NCBI RefSeq assembly: GCF_044704955.1 | Contig: NC_092000.1 | Coordinates: forward strand, 4,650,001-4,714,000 | Source: Pristiophorus japonicus | Taxonomy: Eukaryota | Reading direction: 5' to 3' | Length of the DNA stretch: 64,000 nucleotides | In this document: piece by piece, positions 11,173-24,954 of the stretch | Layout of the letters: every line of letters begins with the position of its first letter | Numbering within the stretch: position 1 is the stretch's first letter | Position numbers and translations under genes: made by a program | Notes under the pieces: model-generated | Seen by the model: only the letters and a program-made list of their open reading frames with translations | Database searches by the model: none | What the model was told of the DNA's origin: nothing

Positions 11173-11338
11173 ATAGAAACATAGAAAATAGGTGCAGGAG
11201 TAGGCCATTCGGCCCTTCGAGCCTGCACCACCATTCAATAAGATCATGGCTGATCATTCCCTCAGTACCCCTTTCCTGCTTTCTCTCCATACCCCCTGAT
11301 CCCTTTAGCCGTAAGGGCCATATCGAACTCCCTCTTGA
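11173..11338 (-). mobile_element. CR1 3'UTR fragment
   Basis: tagaaacatagaaaataggtgcaggagtagg tail. Confidence 0.85.
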
Positions 11339-12332
11339 TATGTCACACACCTCACGAAGGTCCCAATCATAAACCACAGGAGGAGGCCATTCGGCCCATC
11401 GTGCTGACTCTGACAGAGCAGTGGTGCTCAGTCCCACACCCCGCTTTGTGTCCTCATCCCCCAGTACCGTGTCCAACTCCCTTTTAATGTCATTGATGGA
11501 ATCAGCTTCCACCACCTTTACGGGTCGAGCGTTCCGGATCGCGACAACTCTTGAGTGAAAATATTTCCCCTCATCACCCCCTCTCGATCTCTGGTGGATG
11601 GAGCAGTTTCAAGGTCTCGGGGGAGCCCCCCCGGGCTGGGCAGGGGAAAGGATTTCCAGCCCTGAGCATTGCTCCTGGGACCACCTGCTGAACGGATCGA
11701 ACTTGGCCACGATGCGCGCCATGGTGGAATAGCCTACAGCACTCGGTGTCTTGGAGCACACACCACCAATGTGCCCAATGCCCAGCGTCAGTCAGCATCT
11801 TCACTGAGCGGGACCGAGCCACACAATGTTCCGGAACTCTCTCCCTAAGCCCCTTGGCCTTGCCGTCTCGCCTTTTAAAGTCTCCTCAAAATCTCTTCAC
11901 TGTGTTTTAGATCACCGCCCAAACCCCTCTCCTGTTCCCCGCTCCCCACACCTTGCTCCCCCTGCAAGGCACCTTGTCTGTGTGTAAATATACGCTGTGA
12001 AAATGTCGCAGTGTGAAGCTGTTGTGGTAACCCCAACACCTCCTTATGGGCAACATTCCCGGGATCGGGACTTTGGAGGGGTAACGGAGGGACTGGTTCT
12101 GTTTGCGAGACCACACTTTGGGACTGTGGTGGAATTTTTGCGCTGAAAAGCGATTTCAAAACTGCGGTGTCCCCAAGTTTCAATCGATTGTAATTTACTG
12201 CAAAGTAATCTTGCTCTGTGTATAAATAATGTCCAGGCCCGAGGCCCCATCACAGGCTCCGCTTCTGTTCTGTTCTCTGGGACTCCAAGCTTTTGTCTCT
12301 CTGGTTTATTTTCTCCCTTAACTATTGTGAAC

Positions 12333-12427
12333 GCATCGTGGAATCGAACCCGCGGAAGTTCAAGATCGAGACTGCGGAACTGTACGAGAGGAAAGCATTC
12401 GTCATCAGAACCAGACAAACCGTCAAG
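12333..12427 (+). CDS. STX10: Syntaxin-10 exon 3
   Basis: ac|GC ATC GTG GAA TCG AAC..: IVESNPRKFKIETAELYERKAFVIRTRQTVK|gtacgt. Confidence 0.93.
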
Positions 12428-12440
12428 GTACGTACAACAC

Positions 12441-14645
12441 GGGCACTGCCCACATCCGGGGTCACCGCCCACATCCGGGGTCACCGCCCACATCCGGGGT
12501 CACCGCTCAAATCCGGGTCACCGCCCAGGGTCATTGCCCACATCCGGGTCACTGCCCGGGGTCACCGCCCACATCCGGGGTCACCGCCCACATCCGGGGT
12601 CACCGCTCACATCCGGGTCACCGCACAGGGTCACTGCCCACATCCGGGTCACTGCCCGGGGTCACCGCCCACATCCGGGTCACCGCCCACATCGGGGTCA
12701 CCGTCCATTTCCGGGCTCACTGCCAACATATCCAGGGTCACTCACTGCTCGGGGCCACCACCATCGTATCCGGGTTCACTGCCAACCTACCCTGGGTCAC
12801 CGCCCAGGGTCACCGTCAACATACCCGGGATCACCACCCATAGTCACCATCAACAGACCCAGGGTCACCACTAACATACTCGGGGTCACCGCCCAGGGTC
12901 ACGTCACCGTCCGGGGTCACCGCCAACATACCCGGGGTCACCGCCCAGGGTCACTGCCAACATACCCGGGGTCACCGCTCGGAGTCACCATCAACATACC
13001 CAGGGTCAACGCCAACATACCAAGGGTCACCGCCCGGGGTCACATCACCTTCCAGGGTCACCACCAACATACCTGGGGTCACCGCACAGGGTCACCGCCA
13101 ACATACCCAGGGTCGCTGCCCGGGGTCATCGCCAGCAGACCCGGGGTCACCACCCGGGGTTACTGCCAACAAACCCGGGGTCGTCGCCAACATACCCGGG
13201 CTCACCGCCAACATACCCTGGGTCACTCCCCAGGTTCACGGCCAACATACCCGGGGTCACTGCCTGGGTCGCTGCCCGGGGTCACTGCCGACATTCCCAT
13301 AGTCACCGTCCGGGGCCGCTGCCAACATACCCGGGGTCACTGCACGGGGTTGCCACCAACATACCCGGGGTCACTACAAACATACCCGCTGTCACCACCG
13401 GGGTCATCGCCCACATACCTGGGGTCACCACCAACAAACACGGGGTCACCGCCCATAGTCACCATCAACAGACCCAGGGTCACCACTAACATACTTGGGG
13501 TCACCGCCCAGGGTCACGTAACCGTCCGGGGTCACCGCCAACATACCCGGGGTCACCGCAAGGGTCACTGCCAACATACCCGGGGTCACCGCTCGGAGTC
13601 ACCATCAACATACTCAGGGTCAACGCCAACATACCAAGGGTCACCGCCCAGGGTCACGTCACCGTCCGGGGTCACCACCAACATACTTGGGGTCACCGCC
13701 CAGGGTCACGTAACCGTCCGGGGTCACCGCCAACATACCCGGGGTCACCGCAAGGGTCACTGCCAACATACCCGGGGTCACCGCTCGGAGTCACCATCAA
13801 CATACTCAGGGTCAACGCCAACATACCAAGGGTCACCGCCCGGGGTCACATCACCTTTCCAGGGTCACCACCAACATACCTGGGGTCACCGCACAGGGTC
13901 ACCGCCAACATACCCAGGGTTGCTGCCCGGGGTCATCGCCAGCATACCCGGGGTCACCGCCAACATACCCTGGGTCACTCCCCAGGTTCACGGCCAATAT
14001 ACCCGGGGTCACGCCCGGGGTCACTGCCGACATTCCCATAGTCACCGTCCAGGGCCGCTGCCAACATACCCAGGGTCACTGCACGGGTTCAGGGCCATAA
14101 TACCCGGGGTCATTGTCTAGGGTCACTGCCCGGGGTCATTGCCTACATACCCGGGGTCACGGCCCAAGGTCACTGCCTACATGCCCAGGGTCACCGCTCG
14201 GGGTTACCGTCAATGTACCCGGGGTTACTGCAACATATCCGGGGTCACCGCCAACATACCCAGGGTCACAGCCTGGGGTCAGCGCCAACATACCCAGGGT
14301 CACTGCCCGGGTCACAGCCGACATTCCCATAGTCACCGTCCGTGGCCGCTACCAACATACCCAGGGTCACCGCAACATACACACGGTCACTCCCCGCGCT
14401 CACTGCCTGGGTTATTACCCATGGCCACCACCCGGGATCACCGTCAACATACCCGGGGTCACTGCCAGCAAACCCGGGGTCACCGCCAACATGCCCGGGG
14501 TCACCACCAACGTACCTGGGGTCACCGCCAACATACCCAGGGTCACCTCCCGGGGCCACTACCAACATACCCGGGGTCACCACCAACATACCCGGGGTCA
14601 CCGCCCAGGGTCACATTAAAATACGCGGGGCCACTGCCCGGGGTC
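12441..14645 (+). repeat. Approx. 21-bp minisatellite (ggggtcaccgccaacataccc), left arm
   Basis: Degenerate tandem array with higher-order block duplications; continues after the CR1 insertion. Confidence 0.95.
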
Positions 14646-17600
14646 ATAGAAACATAGAAAATATAGAAACATAGAAAATAGGTGCAGGAGTAGGCCATTC
14701 GGCCCTTCGAGCCTGCACCGCCATTCAATGAGTTCATGGCTGAACATGCAACTTCAGTACCCCATTCCTGCTTTCTCGCCATAACCCTTGATCCCCCGAG
14801 TAGTAAGGACTAAATCTAACTCCTTTTTGAATATATTTAGTGAATTGGCCTCAACAACTTTCTGTGGTAGAGAATTCCACAGGTTCACCACTCTCTGGGT
14901 GAAGAAGTTTCTCCTCACCTTGGTCCTAAAAGGCTTACCCCTTATCCTTAGACTGTGTCCCCTGGTTCTGGACTTCCCCAACATCGGGAACATTCTTCCT
15001 GCATCTAACCTATCTAAACCCATCAGAATTTTAAACGTTTCTATGAGATCCTCTCTCATTCTTCTGAACTCCAGTGAATACAAGCCCAGTTGATCCAGTC
15101 TTTCTTGATATGTCAGTCCCGCCATCCCGGGAATCAGTCTGGTGAACCTTCGCTGCACTCCCTCAATAGCAAGAATGTCCTTCCTCAGGTTAGGAGACCA
15201 AAACTGTACACAGTACTCCAGGTGTGGCCTCACCAAGGCCCTGTACAACTGTAGCAACACCTCCCCTCGCTATGAAGGCCAACATGCCATTTGCTTTCTT
15301 AACCGCCTGCTGTACCTGCATGCCAACCTTCAATGACTGATGTACCATGACACCCAGGTCTCGTTGCACCTCCCCTTTTCCTAATCTGTCACCATTCTGA
15401 TAATAGTCTGTCTCTCTGTTTTTACCACCAAAGTGGATAACCTCACATTTATCCACATTATACTTCATCTGCCATGCATTTGCCCACTCACCTAACCTAT
15501 CCAAATCACTCTGCAGCCTCATAGCATCCTCCTCGCAGCTCATACTGCCATCCAACTTAGTGTCATCCGCAAATTTGGAGATACTACATTTAATCCCCTC
15601 GTCCAAATCATTAATGTACAATGTAAACAGCTGGAGCCCCAGCACAGAACCTTGCGGTACCCCACTAGTCACTGCCTGCCATTCTGAAAAGTACCCATTT
15701 ACTCCTACTCTTTGCTTCCTGTCTGACAACCAGTTCTCAAGCCATGTCAGCACACTACCCCCCAATCCCATGTGCTTTAACTTTGCACATTAATCTCTTG
15801 TGTGGGACCTTGTCGAAAGCCTTCTGAAAGTCCAAATATACCACATCAACTGGTTCTTCTTGTCCACTCTACTGGAAACATCCTCAAAAAATTCCAGAAG
15901 ATTTGTCAAGCATGATTTCCCTTTCACAAATCCATGCTGACTTGGACCTATCATGTCACCTCTTTCCAAATGCGCTGCTATGACATCCTTAATAATTGAT
16001 TCCATCATTTTACCCACTACCGATGTCCGGCTGACCGGTCTATAATTCCCTGTTTTCTCTCTCCCTCCTTTTTTAAAAAGTGGGGTTACATTGGCTACCC
16101 TCCACTCCATAGGAACTGATCCAGAGTCAATGGAATGTTGGAAAATGACTGTCAATGCATCTGCTATTTCCAAGGTCACCTCCTTAAGTACTCTGGGATG
16201 CAGTCCATCAGGCCCTGGGGATTTATCGGCCTTCAATCCCATCAATTACCCCAACACAATTTCCCGACTAATAAGGATTTCCCTCAGTTCCTCCTCCTTA
16301 CTAGACCCTCTGACCCCTTTTATATCCGGAAGGTTGTTTGTGTCCTCCTCAGTGAATACCGAACCAAAGTACTTGTTCAATTGGTCTGCCATTTCTTTGT
16401 TCCCCGTTATGACTTCCCCTGATTCTGACTGCAGGGGACCTACGTTTGTCTTTACTAACCTTTTTCTCTTTACATATCTATAGAAACTTTTGCAGTCCGT
16501 CTTAATGTTCCCTGCAAGCTTCCTCTCGTACTCTATTTTCCCTGCCCTAATCAAACCCTTTGTCCTCCTCTGCTGAGTTCTAAATTTCTCCCAGTCCCCG
16601 GGTTCACTGCTATTTCTGGCCAATTTGTATGCCACTTCCTTGGCTTTAATACTATCCCTGATTTCCCTTGATAGCCACGGTTGAGCCACCTTCCCTTTTT
16701 TATTTTTACGCCAGACAGGGATGTACAATTGTTGTAGTTCATCCATGCGGTCTCTAAATGTCTGCCATTGCCCATCCACAGTCAGCCCCTTAAGTACCAT
16801 TCGCCAATCTATCCTAGCCAATTCACACCTCATACCTTCAAAGTTACCCTTCTTTAAGTTCTGGACCATGGTCTCTGAATTAACTGTTTCATTCTCCATC
16901 CTAATGTAGAATTCCACCATATTATGGTCACTCTTCCCCAAGGGGCCTCGCACAACGAGATTGCTAATTAATCCTCTCTCATTACACAACACCCAGTCTA
17001 AGATGGCCTCCCCCCTAGTTGGTTCCTCGACATATTGGTCTAGAAAACCATCCCTTATGCACTCCAGGAAATCCTTCTCCACCGTATTGCTTCCAGTTTG
17101 GTTAGCCCAATCTATATGCATATTAAAGTCACCCATGATAACTGCTGCACCTTTATTGCATGCACCCCTAATTTCCTGTTTGATGCCCTCCCCAACATCA
17201 CTACTACTATTTGGAGGTCTGTACACAACTCCCACTAACGTTTTTTGCCCTTTGGTGTTCTGCAGCTCTACCCATATAGATTCCACATCATCCAAGCTAA
17301 TGTCCTTCCTAACTATTGCATTAATCTATTCTTTAACCAGCAATGCTACCCCACCTCCTTTTCCTTTTATTCTATCCTTCCTGAATGTTGAATACCCATG
17401 GATGTTGAGTTCCCAGCCCTGATCATCCTGGAGCCACGTCTCTGTAATCCCAATCACATCATATCTGTTAACATCTATTTGCACAGTTAATTCCTCCACC
17501 TTATTACGGATACTCCTTGTATTAAGACACAAAGCCTTCAGGCTTGTTTTTTTTAACATCCTTTGTCCTTTTAGAATTATGATGTAGTGTGGCCCTTTTT

Positions 17601-19350
17601 GTTTCTTGCCTTTGTTTACTCGGCCTTCCACTATTGCTTTTTACCTTTCTACCTTCTGTTTCTGACTCCATATTACTTTGCCCTATCTCGCTGCATAGGT
17701 TCCCATCCCCCTGCCATATTAGTTTAAACACTCCCGAACTGCATTAGCAAATGTTACCCCTAGGACATCAGTTCCAGTCCTGCCCGAGTGCAGACCGTCC
17801 CTTTTGTACAGGTCCCACTTCCCCCAGAACTGGTTCCAATGTCCCAGGAATTTGAATCCCTCTCTCTTGCACCACTGCTCAAGCCACGTATTTATTCTAA
17901 CTATCCTGCTCCCTCTACTCTGATTAGCACGTGGCACTGGTCGCAATCCAGAGATTACTACCTTTGAGGTCCTACTTTTTAATTTAACTCCTAGCTCCCT
18001 AAATTCAGCTTGTAGGACCTCTTCCCGCTTCTTACCTATATCGTTGGTACCTACATGTACCATGACAACTGGCTGTTCACCCTCCCTTTCCAGAATGCTC
18101 CGCAGCTGCTTCGAGACATCCTTGACCTTTGCACCAGGGAGGCAACATTCCGTCCTGGAGTCTCGGTTGCGGCCGCAGAAACTCCTATCTATTCCCTTTA
18201 CAATAGCTCTCCCACTCTTTTTCCTGCTCTTCTGTGCAGCAGAGCCACCCACGGTGCCATGAACCTGGCTGCTGGTGCCTTCCCCTGGCAAGTCATCTCC
18301 CCCAACAGTATCCAAAACGGTATATCTGTTTTGGAGGGAGATGACCGCAGGGGACTCCTGCACTACCTTCCTGCTCTTGCCTTGTCTCTTGGTCACCCAT
18401 TCACTATCTGTCCTAACCCTTACCTGCGGTGTGACCAACTCACTAAATGTGCTATCCACAACATTCCCAGCATCGCGCATGCTCCAGAGTGAGTCCATCC
18501 GCAGCTCCAGTGCCGTCATGCGGTCTGTCAGGAGCTGCAGCTGGACACACATTCCGCACACATAGTAGTCAGGGACACTGGAAGCGTCCCTGACTTCCCA
18601 CATCGCACAGGAGGAGCATGACACGGGTCCGAGCTCTCCTGCCATGACTTAACCCTTAAATTAATTTACTTACTAAAATTTACTTAAACACCAAACAGCT
18701 ACTTATTGGTTGGCTGACAATTAAACTAATCTAAAAGTCAGTCTAAAAGAGAGTTATACTTACCAGTCGAACAGCCAACCACTTACCAGCTTGGCTGTGA
18801 TGTCACCTCTCGATTTCGCACCCCTCTATCTTTGTCTGCAACTGGTTGGGCTGTTCTCTGGGCCTCCGCCTCCTACTCTCGCACTCCTTATCAGCTGCTC
18901 TAGTGTCAGCACTAGTAGGAAAAACAAGACAAAACAGCACCTGCCGCCCGAACTCACCCACTTACCAAACTCACGAATGCCACTCTATGCTGCTGCACTC
19001 CGTGCTCTGCACGAGCTGACTCTTTTTAAACTGTATCTAGGTCGGATGACCCACTACTGGTCAGTCGTTTACAGAACTGGTTTTAACTAGCTGCTAATTG
19101 CCTCCTACTGGAGAGTTACCTTGTTTTTCTCTGCCTAAACCTGAAAGATTCCCAACTATTTAACTTTTCCCCTTTAAATTAAACTGCTACTTACTTAGAA
19201 GCTACTGGCAATTTCCACTAACAATTTACTCCAGACTCCAAATGGTTTAAAGAGAATAACCCTTAAAACTCACCCTCTTACCAAACTAACAAATGCCACT
19301 CTATGCTGCTGCACTCTGTGCTCTGCACGAGCTGCCTCTTTTTAAACTGT
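14646..19350 (-). mobile_element. Essentially full-length CR1 LINE: 5'UTR, ORF1 (17719-18645), frameshifted ORF2 APE-RT (about 14754-17560), 3'UTR and tail
   Basis: ORF1 has CxxC..CxxC and an SGNH-esterase-like region (LPGA, HVGTND, DGLH). ORF2 has GITETW, MGDFN, SDHN, GVPQGSVLG, FADD. Tail (tagaaaca)n at 14646. Confidence 0.95.
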
Positions 19351-21890
19351 CAACATACCCGGGGTCACTGCCTGGGGTCACCGCAACATACCCTGGGTCA
19401 TCACTAATGTACCCGGGGTCACTGCCAACATACCCAGGGTTGCTGCCCGGGGTCACCACCAACATACCCGGGGTCACTACACGGGGTTGCCACCAACATG
19501 CCCGGGGCTCACCACCCACATACCCGGGGTCACTGCCAACATACCCGCTGTCACCGCCGAGGTCACCGCCCACATACCCGGGGTCACTGCCAACATACCC
19601 GCTGTCACCGCCGAGGTCACCGCCCACATACCCGGGGTCACCGCCAATATACTCGGGGTCACCACCAACAAACACGGAGTCATCGCACGAGGTCTCCAAC
19701 AACACATCCAGGGTCACTGCCAACATACCCGGGGTCACTGCCAACATACGTGGGGTCACGGCCCGGGGTCACCGCCAACATACCCGGGGTCACCGCCAAC
19801 AAACACGGGGTCATCGCACAAGGTCTCCAACAACACATCCAGGGTCACCGCCAACATACCCGGGGTCACCGGCAACATACCCGGGGTCACGGCCCGGTTC
19901 ACTACCAACATACCCGGGGTCACGGCCAGGGGCACCACCAACATATCCGGGGTCACCGCCAACATACCCGTGGTCACTGTCCGGGGTCACGGGAAACATA
20001 CCCACATCACGGTCCGGGGTCACTGCTTACATACCCATGGTCACCACCCAGGGTCACCGCCAACTAAACTGGGGTCACAGCCTGGGTTCACCACCAACAT
20101 ACCCATGGTCACCACCCAGGGTCACCGCCAACTAAACTGGGGTCACAGCCTGGGTTCACCACCAACAAACACGGAGTCATCGCACGAGGTCTCCAACAAC
20201 ACATCCGGGGTCACCGCCAACATACCCGGGGTCACCGCCAATATACTCGGGGTCACCACCAACAAACACGGAGTCATCGCACGAGGTCTCCAACAACACA
20301 TCCAGGGTCACTGCCAACATACGTGGGGTCACGGCCCGGGGTCACCGCCAACATACCCGGGGTCACCGCCAACAAACACGGGGTCATTGCACGAGGTCTC
20401 CAACAACACATCCAGGGTCACCGCCAACATACCCGGGGTCACGGCCCGGGGTCACCGCCAACATACCCGGGGTCACCGGCAACATCCCGGGGTCACCGGC
20501 AACATACCCGGGGTCACAGCCCGGTTCACTACCAACATACCCGGGGTCACGGCCAGGGGCACCACCAACATATCCGGGGTCACCGCCAACATACCCGTGG
20601 TCACTGTCCGGGGTCACGGGAAACATACCCACATCACGGTCCGGGGTCACTGCTTACATACCCATGGTCACCACCCAGGGTCACCGCCAACTAAACTGGG
20701 GTCACAGCCTGGGTTCACCACCAACATACTCGGGGTCACCGCCCGGGTTCACCACCAACGTTACCGCCAACATACCCGGGGTCACTGCCCTGGGTCACCG
20801 CCAACATAGCCGGGGTCACTGCCTGGCTTACTGCCGGGGTCAGTGCATACATACCCAAGGTCACCGCCTGGGGTCACCGCCCGACATACCGGGGTCACTG
20901 CTAACATAACCGTGGTTACCGCCCGGGGTCACTGCTGGGGGCACCGGCAACATATCTGGGGTCACTGCCAACATACCAAGGGTAACCGCCAACATACCCG
21001 GGGTCATCGCCCAGAGTCCCTGCCAGCATACCCGGAATCACCATAACATACCCGGGTTAACCGCCCAGGATCACCACCAATGTACCCGGGGTCATTGCCA
21101 ACATACCCAGGGTCGCAGCCCGGGGTCACCACCAACATTCCCAGGGTCACGGCCAACATACCCGGGGTGATTGTCCGGGGTCACTGCCTGGGTCATTGCC
21201 CGGGGTCACTGCCAACATACCCGGGGTCACCGCAAATAAACCCGGGGTCACCGCCCGGGGTTACCGCCAACATACCCGGGGTTACCGCCAACAAACCCGG
21301 GGTCACCGCCAACATACCTGGGGTTACCGCCAACAAACCCGGGGTCACCGCCAACATACCCGGGGTCACCGCCAACATACCCGGGGTTACCGCCAACAAA
21401 CCCGGGGTCACCGCCAACATACCCGGGGTCACCGCCAACATACCCGGGGTCACCGCAACAGACCTGGGGCCATTGCCTGGGGTCACCGACAACATACCCG
21501 AGGTCATCGCCAACGTACCCGGGGTCACCGCTCAGAGTCCCTGCCAGCATACCCGGGATCACTACAACATACCCAGGTTAACCGCCCTGGGTCACCACCA
21601 ATGTACCCGGGGTCATTGCCAACATAGCCGGGGTCACCACCAACATTCCCAGGGTCATGGCCAACATACCCGGGGTCATTGTCCGGGGTCACCGCCCGGG
21701 GTCACCGCCAACATACCCGGGGTCACCGCCTGGGGTCACCACCAAGATTCCCAGGGTCACCGCCAATATACCCGGGGTCATTGTCCGGGGTCACTGCCTG
21801 GGTCATTGCCCGGGGTCACCGCCAACATACCCGGGGTCACTGCCAACATACCCGGGGTCACCGCCAACATACCCGGGGTCACTGCCCAGG
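19351..21890 (+). repeat. Approx. 21-bp minisatellite (ggggtcaccgccaacataccc), right arm
   Basis: Same unit as 12441-14645. Confidence 0.95.
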
Positions 21891-22517
21891 ATTAGATTCC
21901 AGCCCTGACGTCACTCTTGGGCTGATGATAAAAGAGTGGTCTCGAATCATTCAGCACGAAGGAGGCCATTGGGCCCATCGAGCCTGTGCCGGCTCTGTGA
22001 CAGAGCGATCCAATCAGTTCCACCCCCCCCCCCCGCCCCCCCCGCCTTTTCCCCACAGCCCGGCACATTTTCACACTTCAAGTATTTATGAAATCGCATT
22101 TTGAAAATTATTATTGAATCAGCTGGCTTTCCCGTTCTACCCTGTGAGGGAGTTGTTTTGGTGTGGGGCCTGTATTAGTGGCTGTAGCCCTTGTCGGGCG
22201 GCACTGCTGTCCCTGTGTGAGCCCTAGACAGCTGGTGGTGCCGGGCTATCCAACCATGGGGGGCTGAACATTGCAGCGGAATCCTAGTCCTCTCCGGCGG
22301 CTGTGCGCTTTCCAGCAGGGATAACATACAGGAGCAGGAACCCTGGCTGCTTTCCCCACTTTCCACCCAGCACTGCGGCTATCTGTGGGGTTTTTTTTTT
22401 AGGCCTACCATGCTACGGCATCTTGTGTCTTAATCCGCCACGACCTGGAGGCAGCGGACTGCAGGGTTAACGAGAGAGAATCTCTAGCTAACCGTAACCT
22501 TCACTTTGTGTCTCCAG

Positions 22518-22580
22518 GAAATGAAAGATCACATTTCGAGTCCTTCTGCTGTGGCGTTTGGGGAGAGGAGAAACCGACAG
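22518..22580 (+). CDS. STX10: Syntaxin-10 exon 4
   Basis: ctccag|EMKDHISSPSAVAFGERRNRQ|gtgagg, 63 nt. Confidence 0.92.
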
Positions 22581-23084
22581 GTGAGGGGCTCCACGTCTGT
22601 CCTGTGTTGTTCGAATTCCACTTTCCCGCCGCCCCTCGGACACCGAGTCTCAGCGCTCACCCACAGCCCTCTGCTCTCTCACCCAAGTGGGAGCTGGGAC
22701 AACGAGCGCCGTCCCAACTATTGGACTGCAGTGAGCGTCGCAGAAAGCCTGGTGCTATCACCATCCAATATCAGCAGGGTTGATTGGGTAGTGATTAGGA
22801 AGGGGAGTCCCGGCTGATTGTCCAGCCCAGGGGTCCGAGACACAGACTGGGCCTTGAACCAGGAGGCCTCCTGTTCTCTCTGTAGTTCCAGCTCCGTGAG
22901 CACTAATATTCCACGCACCGAGCTCCCTCTGCGTCAGAGAATTCAACATCATTTTCTGGCACTTAAAGCATTGAATTAGCGAATAATTTGAAGCTATGTA
23001 AGTGACACACTAAAGAGGGAGTTTATTGCTAAAAATATATTGAATTAGTGCTTTCTCATGTCTGTTATGTGGAGAGACGAGAAA

Positions 23085-23485
23085 AGCCAGGATTGTTCTC
23101 CTTTGAGCAAAGAAGGTGAAAGGGAGATTTAATCGAGGTGTTCAAAATCATGACGAGGTTTTGATAAATAAGGAGATACTGTTTCCAGTGGCGGGAGGGT
23201 TGGTAACCAGAGGACACGGATTTAAAGTAATTGGGGGAAAAAAGCCAGAGGGGAGATGGAGAACTTTTTTTACGCAGCGAGTTGTTGTGATCGGGAATGC
23301 GCTGCCTGAAAGGGCGGTGGGAGCAGGTTCAATCGTAACTTTCAAAATTAGATAAATACTTGAAAGGAAAAAATGTGCAGGGGCTGTGGGGAAAGAGCAG
23401 GGGGGAGTGGGACTGATTGGATCGCTTTGTCACAGAGCTGGCTCAGGAACGATGGGCCGAATGGCTGCCTCCTGTGCTGTAAGAT
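23085..23485 (+). mobile_element. Older CR1 3' fragment
   Basis: TRGHGFKV..FFTQRVV..NALP remnant followed by 3'UTR. Confidence 0.75.
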
Positions 23486-23617
23486 GATTTGAGTGAAGTG
23501 ACTTTGAATTAAGAGGAGTGGATTTGGGCCAGCAGGTGAGTCTCAGTCGGTCTTTCTTGGACCCTGTTCAGTTCTCGTGTTGGTTGAGGAACCGCCTGAG
23601 CTCTCAGATAGTCCGAC

Positions 23618-24560
23618 ACATAAGGAACATAAGAACATATGAAATAGGAGCAGGAGTAGGCCATACGGCCTCTCGGGCCTGCTCCGCCATTTAATACGAT
23701 CATGGCTGATCCGATCATGGACTCAGGTCCACCTCCCTGCCCGCTCCCCATAACCCCTTATCCCCTTATCGTTTAAGAAACTGTCTATTTCTGTCTTAAA
23801 TTTATTCAATGTCCCAGCTTCCACAGCTCTCTGAGGCAGAGAATTCCACAGATTTACAACCCTCTGAGAGAAGAAATTCCTCCTCATCTCAGTTTTAAAT
23901 GGGCGGCCCCTTATTCTAAGATCATGCCCCCTAGTTCTAGTCTCCCCCATCAGTGGAAACATCCTCTCTGCATCCACCTTGTCAAGCCCCCTCATAATCT
24001 TACACGTTTCGATAAGATCACCTCTCATTCTTCTAAATTCCAATGAGTAGAGGCCCAACCTCCTCAACCTTTCCTCATAAGTCAACCCCCTTATCCCCGG
24101 AATCAACCGAGTGAACCTTCTCTGAACTGCCTCCAAAGCAAGTATATCCTTTCATAAATATGGAAACCAAAACTGCACGCAGTATTCCAGGTGTGGCCTC
24201 ACCAACACCTTATATAACTGTAGCAAGACTTCCCTGCTTTTATACTCCATCCCCTTTGTAATAAAGGCCAAGATACCATTGGCCTTCCTGATCACTTGCT
24301 GTACCTGCATACTATCCTTTTGTGTTTCATGCACAAGTACCCCCAGGTCCCGCTGTACTGCAGCACTTTGCAATCTTTCTCCATTTAAATAATAACTTGC
24401 TCTTTGATTTTTTTTCTGCCAAAGTGCATGACCTCACACCTTCCCACGTTATACTCCATCTGCCAAATTTTTGCCCCCTCACTTAGCCTGTCTGTGTCCT
24501 TTCGCAGGTTTTTTGTGTCCTCCTCACACATTGCTTTTCCTCCCGTCTGTGTATCATCGG
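23618..24560 (-). mobile_element. CR1 LINE 3' fragment (cataagaa-tail subfamily)
   Basis: ORFs 23723-24136 and 24152-24373 encode CR1 RT C-terminus. Confidence 0.9.
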
Positions 24561-24669
24561 CACTCTGTTATACTTACGCTGAATTGTTGAGCGCTGACGG
24601 CCCCGCCTGCCATCAGTGTGCGTGTAATGGGGAAAGTGAAGCCTGACCTGACGCTTGCTGTCATTGCAG

Positions 24670-24786
24670 AACCTGATGGGAGCCATCGAACAGCAGCTGA
24701 AGCCCGCGGATCGGTACAAGCGCCTGGACCAGGAACTGGAGACCGTTAACTCCCAGTACATTGAGGAGCAGCGAGTTCAGCAGCGC
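24670..24786 (+). CDS. STX10: Syntaxin-10 exon 5
   Basis: ttgcag|NLMGAIEQQLKPADRYKRLDQELETVNSQYIEEQRVQQR|gtacgt, 117 nt. Confidence 0.9.
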
Positions 24787-24954
24787 GTACGTACTTAACC
24801 GCTGAGGCTGACTCTCCCTCGCGGAGCCCAGGCCCAAACTTGTCGCATGACAGCAAGAGCGGGAGAGAAGTTGTGTTTAAAATCCTGTGCGTTGTCGGGG
24901 CGAGGGAGGTGAGGAGCCCTGCAGTTTGTAATCGCGGAGAAGGATGAGTTAGCA

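Larger units (their letters stand above)
8381..12332 (+). other. U12-type (minor spliceosome) AT-AC intron of STX10
   Basis: 5'ss ATATCCTC at 8381; branch site TCCCTTAAC 12314-12322; terminal AC 12331-12332. These ends restore the frame ETI-G-IVESNP. Confidence 0.92.

Noticed and set aside
12293-21908. Long Pro/Thr/His-rich ORFs (597, 440, 280, 271 aa) resembling mucins
   Set aside because: Translations of a 21-bp intronic minisatellite that is open in several frames on both strands and interrupted by a LINE.
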